A stretch of DNA of 60,648 nt, the filler included, from Piptocephalis cylindrospora (Eukaryota): NCBI GenBank assembly GCA_003614145.1. It is 9 parts of 9 records of this genome, joined end to end, with 100 filler letters (N's around TTAATTAATTAA, not from the genome) between each part and the next. Parts side by side here need not be neighbours in the genome. Positions count along the whole stretch, not along the records: positions 33,946 to 40,569 come from KZ988268.1; positions 40,670 to 47,274 come from KZ988269.1; 7 more parts are not named here. One strand, written 5' to 3'. The translations under genes were made by a program, and so were the position numbers. The notes below the pieces were generated by a model. The model saw only the letters and a program-made list of their open reading frames with translations, did no database searches and was not told the DNA's origin. Numbering within the stretch: position 1 is the stretch's first letter; each line of letters starts with the position of its first letter. Positions 34,256 to 44,975 of the stretch are shown here, piece after piece.

Positions 34256-35704
34256 ATGCCGCCCTCTTCTCCCTCAAGGGCGAACACAGACCCACCCCTC
34301 CTCTACCGTGATCTTCTGAAGGAGCTTCTCGAGGGCCTCAGAAACAATATCCACCCATCTAACACAAATCTCGCTCAATGCACTCGACTCCTCGTGGTCG
34401 ACTTTGATAATACTCTCTTTCGATCTCCAGTGCCCTCACGTCGACTTTGGCATACCTCGCTCCTTGGACGACTAAAGAGCCCTGAACTTGGCTGGTACCA
34501 CCATCCCCTGACTCTACAGGAACCATATGTCCGGTGCAGACCAGGTGACCGATCTTGGTTCAACCCACCCGTCCTACACGCCACTCGACGGGCCATAGAG
34601 GATCCACGGACCCTCACAGTCCTCTTGACTGGCCGATCCAGAGCGAGCTACCAGGATCGGATTCATCAGCTTCTCCAAACCCAGAATCTTGACTTTGATC
34701 TTACTCTCCTACGTGAGCCTCATCCTGATCTACCCAATACTCTCAGTTTCAAAGTCCAGGTTCTTTGGGATATTCTTCATGCGTTTCCCTCCATCCAATC
34801 TCTGACCCTGTGGGAGGATCGTCCTCAGCAGGCTCAAGAATTTGAAGACAAGCTTCGGGAATGGATGAGCGACGCTTCTGTCGTGGATTGGAGAGGAAGG
34901 GGGCCACTGAAGACCGGAAAGGTTGTCCTCTTGGACCGACCCTCGATCAAGTACCTGCCACCCCATCTTGAACGAGGTTTGGTCAAGACCCTTGTACGTG
35001 ATCACGCTCAAAAGGCCCAGCCTGGCACTGAGCCTATTCAATTGTGTCCCATTCCCATGGATGCGTCCTTGATTTTACCCAAGGAAGCCCAGCTATCCTC
35101 GCTCATCGATCTCCTTCCTCCAGGAGCCTGGGAAAAGCCTGGGACAAGAGAGGGGAGGGGGCCTTCTAAAGCAAAAGTGGACAAGGAAGAGAAGGGGTCC
35201 GAACCCCATGTCATCCCATTTCCCTTTCTCCTTCTCCAGGCATCTTGGAAGAGGATGTACCAGCAGCACTCCATCTCTCTTTCCATCCTGGCCGTGGGAT
35301 GGGAGGGCACGGAGGCTTGGGCATGGCTACACCTCCCAGAATGGCACTTTACATGGAGACATCCACTGGCGCGACGTCTTCGTAACTCCATTTCCCCAGA
35401 GACTGAGGCAGGAGGAATTAAGGTTCCATCTACTCACCGGGGCCCTTTTCAGTGTCATTCCAAAGCTTCCTTTGTCAAGGGATATGAGGGTTGGAAAGCC
35501 GGTGCTCCCCCTTCCCCCGAGGTCCTTTTGGGTCAAATGATTCGGGAGCGAGGCCTAGCGGGCTTGGATCATCGCCATGCCTCCCGAAAGACCCTTGAGG
35601 CGCTTCGTCATCGTCAAATCCCTCTCATTCCACCTTATCTTCCTGATATTTCGGCTGTGCTAGACGATATTTTACCCTCTTTCTTCTCCACCAATTATTC
35701 TTAG
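34256..35704 (+). CDS. HAD-superfamily phosphatase, Swiss-army-knife RNA-repair type (HAD_SAK_1-like)
   Basis: LLVVDFDNTLFRSP.P..LW, WFN, TVLLTGR, LDFD, TLSFK, LWEDR match HAD motifs I-IV as recalled for this family. C-terminal half not recognised. Confidence 0.8.
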   Translation: MPPSSPSRANTDPPLLYRDLLKELLEGLRNNIHPSNTNLAQCTRLLVVDFDNTLFRSPVPSRRLWHTSLLGRLKSPELGWYHHPLTLQEPYVRCRPGDRSWFNPPVLHATRRAIEDPRTLTVLLTGRSRASYQDRIHQLLQTQNLDFDLTLLREPHPDLPNTLSFKVQVLWDILHAFPSIQSLTLWEDRPQQAQEFEDKLREWMSDASVVDWRGRGPLKTGKVVLLDRPSIKYLPPHLERGLVKTLVRDHAQKAQPGTEPIQLCPIPMDASLILPKEAQLSSLIDLLPPGAWEKPGTREGRGPSKAKVDKEEKGSEPHVIPFPFLLLQASWKRMYQQHSISLSILAVGWEGTEAWAWLHLPEWHFTWRHPLARRLRNSISPETEAGGIKVPSTHRGPFQCHSKASFVKGYEGWKAGAPPSPEVLLGQMIRERGLAGLDHRHASRKTLEALRHRQIPLIPPYLPDISAVLDDILPSFFSTNYS

Positions 35705-37153
35705 CTGTACGGGCTTTTCCTCCTTTGGGAAGAGAATGTATATTTTACTGCCTTGTCCTTTATCACCCGCATCTATCCTATTCTGACTTTGATGGACTCT
35801 CAGCCTGATATTTCTCCAATACCACCCCACCTGTGTCATCTTCCTCACCAGCCACACTCTGCCACATCTCCTATCATGTCTCCCACAATTCTCCAGTCTC
35901 ACAGTTCTGCGCATCATGTCTCGCGTGCTGTGGTTGGAGGGTCTAGTCAGACCATCTTCTTTTCTTTCCTCATACTAAATAACCTCCCTTGCTAGATTTC
36001 AGAAGGATCGCGCTTGACCAGAGTACCTGTGTTTGGGTGCCCAGGAGTGCCTCATGGTGCTCTGGGCCCCATCCACACCACTCGGGTCAGGCAGTGCGCC
36101 GTCTGTCGTGTTATATGGGACAGAGGAAGCATACAGTATGGTCAATTGGGGCATGTGCGACACTCTTCCACGCGCATGCTTCTTACTAGCTATACAACAT
36201 TTTCTGCTCAAGATCACATTATTATTAAGAGAAAAATACTGAGGGGGATAGGAAGGAGTATTAATCAAATAAGTGCATCGTCTTTCCCTCTGTTCATATC
36301 GTGTATAGGTCTAATGCATCCGGTAAAAAGGATGATCCGTTTGCAAGATAGTCATTGATTCTTATTGTCGATCTCTATTGCAAGGATCGTATGACCGGAG
36401 TGGTAGACCAGAAAAAAGATCACGGGACGCCTGGCAAATGGCGCGATCCGTCATCCTTCCAGACAAAATAAACAACCCATCAGCGGATAGGGGAGAGGAG
36501 TAATGGGACCTACTTGCAAAGTTCAGTCCTCCTTACTCGTTTTATAAGTGGTCTTTAGTATTTAGATCAGATGCTGCTATCATGTATCCGAGGGGTGGTT
36601 GTCCAAGGTGTGTTGAAGCAGTACTTTCAGCGGACGGAGGAGTGTCTCGTACGACCCTTCTGATTCTGTATAGGACCATCCCTTGTAAAGACAGCTGGGA
36701 TGACCTGGAAGCTTTTTATGGAAGACATTCTGTTCAATCACCCTTCGCTTCTCTCCCGTACTACCTCAAGAGGCGTGGCTAGTGAAGGGTGGGAGTGTAG
36801 ATGAAGTTGCCTCCTTCACCCCTCTTTGCTGACTCTAATCATTCACATACGTTACACCATGTATCGGATAAACACGGCTTTTAAAACTCAGATCTGGCAG
36901 AACTGAGTACTACAAGGCCATTGGTACATGGGATGGTTCCTGATCAGGATGAATGATTCTTGTGTGAAGAGGGGTATGGATTGGCGGAGAAGGCCAAAGG
37001 AACTAGAGTTTCCCCCTTCCCCCTGCTCCTGTCCCTGAATGATCGAGTGACTTGCGCATAATGAACGAGTGAAAAATTGCGGGTGCTGTTGGGAGGAGAA
37101 CTATGAGTAATCAGTTCGAGATGGTACTCTTTTCTTTGTCTAGGAGCAATGAC

Positions 37154-37160
37154 TATAAAT
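37154..37160 (+). promoter_or_regulatory. Putative TATA box of secreted protein A
   Basis: TATAAAT followed by a pyrimidine-rich leader up to ATG 37508. Confidence 0.4.
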
Positions 37161-37507
37161 GATCTCTTACACTCACTTTCCTCTATCTTTTCTTTTTCCT
37201 CAGTTGTTTCCATCTACCTTCGTCCATCTCATCCTTTCATCCTTTGCTAATACTCTACCCGCTGCTGCCTCCCCTATTCTCCGAATTTGCCCTTTAGTGC
37301 ACCACTCCTACCACAACCGCTTTCGTTCTTTTCCCCATTCTTCCTTTCATTTCCGGTACGCCGTAGGTCGTCGGTTACCCCCTTCCCTTCCCCCATCTCA
37401 ATTCTCCATACCTCCCTTTAATCACCACTACCATCCTTTCATCGTGTTTCGTAGTCATTGGATCGACTTCTCGCCATCATCAGATACATCTCTCATATCC
37501 CCTTACC

Positions 37508-38143
37508 ATGATCAATCTTCCCCTCTTTGCCCTTCTCATCGCGCTGAATAGCCTTGTAGGTTCCATCTATGCGTCTCCTACCACTATGCTCACCGATGCC
37601 TCCGATCAATCTGATACTGCCCTGGTCCTCACTCCTCTCCCCTCGGAGATTGAGCCGGTTTCCGAATCCGACGCTTATCACATGCAAGGTCCCGTTCGTC
37701 TCTTGTCCGCTACCACCTTCCGCACCATGATCAATTCTTCCGTGTCCCTCGACTTCCGCATGTACCTCACCCCGTGGCACAATTCCAGCTCCGCAGCTGC
37801 CAATTTCCTTCTGGATCGCTCAAAACTTTCTTCCAACTATACTAGTGTCTACATAGACATGCCCGAATACGAGGCTGCCTGCCTGACCTATAAGCCCGCC
37901 AACGCTGCTCGTGGTCTATGGGTGGGAAATGTGCCTTGTGTCCTCGATCCCATCTGGAATCCTGAGCCGGAACAATGGCTCGTCCGTTATCGAAACATCC
38001 ATCCCTTCTCCGGGTACACCTTCTCTGCCAAAAATTCCACATCCAGTCAATGTATTGCCCCCAGCACGACAGCCAGTTACACTGATGCCTTTACGGAAGT
38101 GTCTTGCGATAGCCCCCACGCCATCTGGGTTCCTTACTATTAG
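37508..38143 (+). CDS. Secreted protein A (211 aa), ricin-B/beta-trefoil-like 4-Cys domain
   Basis: Signal peptide MINLPLFALLIALNSLVGSIYA-SP; CLT...VPC...EQW and CIAP...VSCD...AIW subrepeats; clear paralog at 39084-40109. The fold call is inference. Confidence 0.85.
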   Translation: MINLPLFALLIALNSLVGSIYASPTTMLTDASDQSDTALVLTPLPSEIEPVSESDAYHMQGPVRLLSATTFRTMINSSVSLDFRMYLTPWHNSSSAAANFLLDRSKLSSNYTSVYIDMPEYEAACLTYKPANAARGLWVGNVPCVLDPIWNPEPEQWLVRYRNIHPFSGYTFSAKNSTSSQCIAPSTTASYTDAFTEVSCDSPHAIWVPYY

Positions 38144-38908
38144 GATCTGGAGACTTGCTAGCTCATGTGGGTTTTATTGAAGAGATGAGCTTTGGATAGC
38201 TGTCTTTGATGCACCGGATGCATCTCTTAAACCTCCCTTTCTAATTCACGCCTTTCCTGCTTTGCGTTTCTGAGTAATACATGATGCCTTTTTCCTTTTC
38301 AATTCCTCAGTTTAGATCCCTTTCTACACATCATCTTGAAACCACTTACTACTCATCTTGAAGGTATGGTCTATGTCCTTTAAATATATCCTTTCCTGCC
38401 CTACCAGCAAGTAGGGCGTCCGGGAGAGTTGCATTTATCGAGGGGCATGAAGAAGGCGTCAATGCCTTTGTGTCCACATCCTGATCAGGGCGACATCTCC
38501 GATTCAACGCACCTACTCACACAATTTTGCCTCCTAGCCCGAGCCTAGTCACATGGACGAATCAGTGTATCAAGCTTGAAAGCATACTGGTAAGTGGCGC
38601 AGGGGAGGGATGAAGCAGGGCTACTGCACAGGTGAGACCCTAGCGTGTTTGGACGGGGGGATGTGCGCACGTTCTTGCAAGGGGCATTGACAGGACTTTC
38701 CAGATTAAGACCGCCGATCCACCAAACATGATGATAGGTGCATCCCCCTCAACATGATGGTACTCTGCTAGCAAGATTTTTCTATTCAAGAGGAATGAAG
38801 GATGGTGGTGTTTCCGTACACATGCATGGATAATCCATCCCCCCACCCTACATACTAGTCTGCTTGATCTCAATCGATCCCCTCCCCACTACGGACCTTC
38901 CCAGTAGC

Positions 38909-38915
38909 TATAAAA
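38909..38915 (+). promoter_or_regulatory. Putative TATA box of secreted protein B
   Basis: TATAAAA 175 bp upstream of ATG 39084, followed by a pyrimidine-rich leader. Confidence 0.5.
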
Positions 38916-39083
38916 GTCTTATTTTCTGACACTCCATTTATCCTGTCACATCCTCCAACACCTCGTCTCCTTCCTTCCCTCCCTTCCTGCTCCAGTTCAT
39001 CGACACTATATCTACAAAACCTTACTTTTCTTGGTCATCCTTTTAATAACAATAATAATTTCCTTGTGCATCCATTATCTATC

Positions 39084-40109
39084 ATGCAGATCACTCAAAT
39101 TACCCTACTCGCTGTCTTTTGTCTTCTTAGTGCCGTTCAAGTGAGCGCTAGCCCCAAGAAGTACAATTACAAAGGCCATCATAATCCATGCGAGTCTTCC
39201 CATCCGGGAGGTCCTGATCACGAAGGATATACTGGCTATCCTGGCCACGAGGGATATCCTGATCATGGAGAGTATCCTGACAATGGGGAGTACCCCGATT
39301 ATGGGGAGTATCCCAATATCACTGGTCATGAAGGCTATCCTGATCGTCCTGGCCATGGAGGATATCATGACAAGCCAGGTCATGGAGGATATCATGGCAA
39401 ACCAGGCCATGGAGGATATCATGGCAAGCCAGGCCATGGGGGCTATCCTGGTGATACTGAGAGTGTCATTGATACCGAGTACCTGACCGGAACCGACTAC
39501 CAGACTGAATACCCCACTAGATCCGAGAAACCCACTGATTCTGAGTACCATACGGAATCTGAGAAGCCCACCGACTCCGAGTACCCTACCGAGTCTGAGA
39601 AGCCTACGGATACGGAAGAACCCCCAACTGAGACTGGGACGCCTCAAAAGGCTATTCATCTCAAGTCTTCCGTTGGTAATTTCGTGATGACTAACTCCTC
39701 GACCCCCAATGACTTCCAAATGTTCTTGTCTAGCTCCCGGAATGTGGTGAGGAGCAATGCTGTCAATTTTCTCCTTGACGCAAAGAAGCCACCCAGCCTT
39801 ACCCAGGAAACAGGAGTGTACGTGATCATGCCCGAGTCTGAGGCTTCCTGTTTGACCCGGAAGCCGGCCAATGCTGCACGGGGTCTTTGGGTCGGAAATG
39901 TCCCATGTGTTCCTGACCCTACCTGGAACCCTCCTAACCAGCAATGGTACATTCGCCAACGTCGCGTCGGTTACCGTCAAGGCTGGACCTTTGCCAGTGC
40001 TATGCTCGATGGAGATACATGCATTGCGCCCGCCCACCCCTACAATGCTACCTATTCGTATATTGAAATACCCTGTGATGACAACCGAGCCATTTGGATT
40101 GAGGCCTAA
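39084..40109 (+). CDS. Secreted protein B (341 aa): signal peptide, His/Gly/Tyr/Pro repeats, Pro/Thr/Glu repeats, ricin-B-like domain
   Basis: MQITQITLLAVFCLLSAVQVSA-SP; C-terminal ~150 aa homologous to protein A, including an identical KPANAARGLWVGNVPCV. Confidence 0.88.
   Translation: MQITQITLLAVFCLLSAVQVSASPKKYNYKGHHNPCESSHPGGPDHEGYTGYPGHEGYPDHGEYPDNGEYPDYGEYPNITGHEGYPDRPGHGGYHDKPGHGGYHGKPGHGGYHGKPGHGGYPGDTESVIDTEYLTGTDYQTEYPTRSEKPTDSEYHTESEKPTDSEYPTESEKPTDTEEPPTETGTPQKAIHLKSSVGNFVMTNSSTPNDFQMFLSSSRNVVRSNAVNFLLDAKKPPSLTQETGVYVIMPESEASCLTRKPANAARGLWVGNVPCVPDPTWNPPNQQWYIRQRRVGYRQGWTFASAMLDGDTCIAPAHPYNATYSYIEIPCDDNRAIWIEA
39348..39449 (+). repeat. 27-bp coding tandem repeat, PGHGGYH(D/G)K x3 + PGHGGYP
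   Basis: Units start at 39348, 39375, 39402 and 39429; preceded by 18-bp GEYPDx units and followed by 36-bp EYxTxSEKPTD(S/T) units. Confidence 0.92.
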
Positions 40110-40569
40110 GCTCTCAATTCTCTTAAGCAGGCTCTTTAAGACCGCATCCTTTATGCGAGGCACCGAATGAGAGTGAAAGGGAGTGGGCTAGTATAGGTCA
40201 TTACAAGCCCCTTTTTCTCATCCCACTCCATCTCTATATGATTTGGGTTCTAAATGATATTAAACTGGAGAGGGTAATGGTACTTGCATTAGTATGCACT
40301 TATGTTTCCGTCGACTTTGACTTACGCGGGCAAATCAAATTGATAATAGGATTGATCCGATTGCTTTTGTTCTTCTCCTCCCCTTCTATCCTTTATAACT
40401 TCTCCAGTCTATCCCTTTACACATTTAAACTCCTCACTTCTCAATGCGCTGCTTACAGAGGTTTGATTTATTTCACCTACCATTACCTCATATGAGTCAC
40501 TTGTTATCCACGACATGTCTAGTTTGTCTCATCTGGCCATCTGGATACATGATAACTCTCATCGGCCTT

Positions 40570-40669
40570 NNNNNNNNNNNNNNNNNNNNNNNNNNNNNNN
40601 NNNNNNNNNNNNNTTAATTAATTAANNNNNNNNNNNNNNNNNNNNNNNNNNNNNNNNNNNNNNNNNNNN
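40570..40669. other. Artificial contig linker
   Basis: N44-TTAATTAATTAA-N44. Confidence 0.98.
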
Positions 40670-40883
40670 TCCCATGGAGAAGAGGCCCTATTAAACAGGT
40701 GTCTGTGTCATCGTACGAGAGAAAGAGAAAGAGAGAGAGAGAGAGATAGAGCGTGCGTGCGTGTGTGTGTGTGCGTGTGTACTGTGTCCCCCTGAGTGTG
40801 GGTAAAGAAAGGACCCTTCCCCATCCTCTAATGCATCCTCGGTTTTCCAAAAGCAAATTTTCCCTTGAGCTTCTCCCCTCTTC

Positions 40884-43800
40884 CTACCCTTCAATCTTTC
40901 GCCATCCACACTCATCCGTTGCATCCCGCTGCATCTCCACCACCGGCCAGTAGTGCATGTTCTGCTTCACCGAAAGCACCATCGGCACCTGGTCAAACGT
41001 CTGAATCTTCAGTCGCACATACGAATGATCCGGGCATCCCTTGACCACCCCCATGAACGTGTCCAGATCCGGCGTGGGAATTCCATTCACCTGCATGATC
41101 CACATCGTCGGTACAATCCCATACATGTACGCCGGCGATCCCTTGGCCCTTCCAGACACATACACCATCGATGGTAGTTGCTTACTCTGTTGTCTCACCC
41201 CTCTATGCGGCTCTGTAGGTAGGGATGAGCATGTGGTGTCATATGAAAAAGGAGAAAGCCTCCCCCCCCTCCTCTCCCTTACCCTGAAGTACTGCCCCGG
41301 CCCAACATATCACTCGTCCTGTCTCCTTCCCATCCGATTGTGCCACCTGCACACGTACATCCATCTCCTGTTTATCCCGAAGAATCCGCATCTCCACCAC
41401 GTCCCCATCCTCTCTTGACCCGGCCAGCTCAAGTTCACTTAATCGAGTCACCACCCCATTGGCCCCTCCCTGGATCGATAGAATCACATCCAGCTCCTGC
41501 AGCGTCTTCTTCCCCAGGCCCCCAGCCTCCAGTCGCCGTACCATGAACAGCTGATGCCTCGCCGGATTCGCCTCCTCCACCGCCTTTACCCACTTGGGCC
41601 CAACCCCCATCTGTCGCGCTTGCACCATCTGAATGGGTGAAAACTCCACATCCAGGTATCGAACTACCCCAGCCTTCGCTCCTTGCCCTTTCTCCGGTAC
41701 CCTGATAAATTCCCGGTACGTCGTGAGCACCGGAGTGATTGGAAGGCCCAAGTGATACTCATTGTCATGGCCTGTCGAGTGATTCCTCTCCCCAAGGTAA
41801 GAGAGCCACAAACCCCGCACACGGCCCTCTGCATCTGCTAGAAGGCCCGACGAACACTGCTGGGCCAGGGGTGTGTCCAGCGTGATCGCCTCCACATTGA
41901 CCGCTCGGAACCTGGGCGTAGCATCCATCGGGATGGTCACACAAGATACATCCGTCACCGTAGTCTCCAGGCAGATCGGTCGATGGTTGTGATTCAGGGC
42001 CAGGAGGGTCACTCGGTGACCCGGAGCCACACGCTCCTCGGAAAACCCTGCTGTCTGTATCGGCGTGTCCCCCAGATCTGCGGGGTCATACTGTAGAAAG
42101 GCCAAGTTGTGTGTAGGGTGAAGATGCAAGATCTTGGCTCGGACCAGCAAACTATCCGCCACCGTGATTGACACATCTCCTAGCGTGGACGGGACAATGT
42201 TCCGACCCACTACCACAATCCCCGACCCCGCATCCAGAACTAGACCTGCCCCGACCTTTCGGTCCTTGGGGAACCCGTCGATCCTCAGAGGCATTGTGAA
42301 TGTCACCTTCACGAGGGATCGCACCAGGTCGGCGGCCTTTCCGAGGGAAGGATCCAGCTCCATGAATCGGACTGATGGGACCACCTTCCCCTCCCCCTCC
42401 TTCTTCGCGCTTGGGGGAGGAAGAGTGGGGATGTCGGTGAAGGACCACACCCCGCCTGTATCGTCCCTCCGAACTAGGCGGAAGGATGACCAGTGCTTGT
42501 CCACGTCGACCACAGCGTAATTGGTGGTGTGAACATCGGCGATCGAGTGATAGGTCACAGGGATGAGCGCTCGGTCCGGAATGGTCTGCATGACCCGGAT
42601 AAAGTCCTGAAGAGTAGGGGTGGCCTGGTGATCCACATGAGAGATAATGGATCCGGCATCCGGCCCATCCAGCCTAAAGGTACCCGAAGCCTCAGCCACC
42701 CACACCCCTCGGACAGGGACACAGTAGGCTCGAGCCAGCTGGTAGGATAGCTCATTCATACGAGCCCCCCCACACTCCACATACCGATCCGGAGTGATGG
42801 AATGGAGATCCTGAACAGTGACTTCAAACCCAATTGATACCCCCCCACGCTCTACCTCAAACCGGAGGCTCCCTCCCACATTCTCATCTAATAGTGATTC
42901 CAGGGTGACAAAATGCGTGACGCACTCCCCGTTCACCCGGATCAAGATGTCTCCTTCCTCCAGGCCACATCGATCCCCAGGGCCCTCCGGGACCACCGTT
43001 TCCGCCACTAACATCCCAATTTCCTCTGGGAATGCTTGACGGATGATGGCCTCGGTAGCCGGGTGAAGACCCAGTCGACGAGTCTCATCGAACGGCCGAT
43101 GGAGCCATTGGGTCTGAATGGTGCCTCGGGGAACCGAAATGGGGACGGATTGAATTGTTTCAGGAGGGGTAAAGGATGAGACGAGGGGGGAAGGGACAGA
43201 TTGGGGGGACAAGGAGGCCTGGATGCACGAGAGAGCGCGACACACCCGATCCAATGGGAGGAAAAAGTCGGTCGCAGCGCGGTTGTGACCGCCGGCCTGA
43301 AGAGCCACGGCTCGTCCGTAAATGTCAATGACCGGCGAGCCTGAAGATCCTCCACTGGTGGAGGAGGCTGCCTGAAGGTAGAAGGTGTTGAAGTCATTGT
43401 AAGTCAGATCCCCGTAATCCGGAGCATTCCGATCCAGACGAGAGATGGACCCAGCCAGGATCGACAGCTTCTCCCCAGCATCATTTCCTACGACACGGAT
43501 ATCTAGGCCAACATGAGCCAGGTCAGGTCGAAGAGGGATGGCAGAAATGGGCATGTACCGGATGTGGGCTGGGTTGAAGCGAAGAAAGCCAAAATCATGG
43601 ATGGGATCCCGATAGACGGCAGTAACAACAACCTCCTCGTGATCATGGGCAATGGCCTCGCCCAGGAAGGGGCCTGAGCAGACGACGTGTCGATTGGTCA
43701 GGATGAGTCCGAGGTCTGCATCGACGATGAAGCCCGTGGCCTCGGAGGTCTCCGCGCCTTCCGTGTCAAAAGAAGCAACTTGACTGAAGCGGATGGAGAC

Positions 43801-44019
43801 AATGGACTGGACCACCTGATCAATCGTGTCCTTCCAATTGGGCGTGTGAGTGCTGTCAAGGGTCGAGGAGGTACGACGGCGTTTCTGTGGGGATTGCCCA
43901 GAATCCGTGGTGGTAGGAGGGGGAGGCAAGGTTGGGGCCAGGCCATTAGCATCCTCCCCCATGCCATTAGGGGTGGGGGTGGAGGCGAGCAGGCTATTTG
44001 GAGAGGAGATGGGAGGCAT
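40884..44019 (-). CDS. NMA111: Nuclear HtrA-like serine protease Nma111 (duplicated protease + PDZ), 2 exons
   Basis: SEATGFIVD, ILTNRHVV, YRDPIHDFGFLRF, VGNDAGEKLSILAGSISRLDRNAP, YNDFNTFY, GGSSGSPV, TDFFLPL; NLS-like KRRR; last exon HYWP...W. Intron about 41217-41281. Confidence 0.95.
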
Positions 44020-44539
44020 GGAGGGATAAATAGGCCGTAAGAGGAGGAGGAGGAGGAGGAGGAGGAATGTGGGATCAGAGGGCGAGGGGCAATTAAGAAA
44101 AGGGAGGCCGACAGACAAACCACAAAGGAGGACAAAAATATATGAAGACGATGAATGTAGCTCTCCTTCACTAATGAGTGTGCGATATGTGATACTTAGC
44201 TAAATAGGTAGATAAGCCATATTTTTTTTATCATTTGAATACATGATTTATTAGCGAATACACAAGCGGATGAAGGATTTATCTAGTAATTTCCACACAA
44301 GTAGAGTATAATAAAGTAACAAAATATAGTATGGATAAGCATCATTAGTCCAGATATTATCATTGCCAACGAGTGATAAAGGGGAGATGAATTTAAATCT
44401 ATTAAATTTGAAAGATACTGCACTAAAGGACGACTTATTAATTATCTCTATTTCTCTGAAAAAAGGGAGTGTATTTTCCATCAATCTATAAAGGCAAGTA
44501 GGTTGTTGTTTGAATCATCCGCACACTAAAATCTGAATA

Positions 44540-44587
44540 CTTGACTTGAAAAACCTTTTTATTTTACCCATTTTGACGAACAAAACA
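44540..44587. repeat. 48-bp dispersed non-coding element, copy 2
   Basis: CTTGACTTGAAAAACCTTTTTATTTTACCCATTTTGACGAACAAAACA; 46/48 identical to 4501-4548. Confidence 0.9.
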
Positions 44588-44975
44588 GTACACCAGGCGG
44601 TCTAGAATCTGGATACTATACTGTGCTGACAAATTATTGTATGGGGAAGGAACAGAAAATAATGACTGTGGTAGTGGAATGGCAATGCATTGGCAATGAG
44701 TCAAAAAATTCGGAGCAAGGATGATCTGACACGGTAATGATGGGACAAAGGTGACAGGGACACACGCACACTGCAGTGGAGAAGACACGCATAGAGTGCG
44801 GAGGAGACACACGCTGTGGAGGGAGACGTAGTGTGTAGGAGCTAGGGAGAGAGGAAGGGAAGGCCTTGGTTGTCTAGAAAAAAAGGGACAGGAGCTCTTC
44901 CAGGGGAGGAAGACCAGGCATTCTCTTCTCTTCCTACTATCTCCTCCTCCTCCCCGTCATCATCCCTTTCAAAGC

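Noticed and set aside
39105..40163. 352-aa antisense ORF over secreted protein B
   Set aside because: Mirror of the sense-strand repeats and codon bias, with no independent motif.
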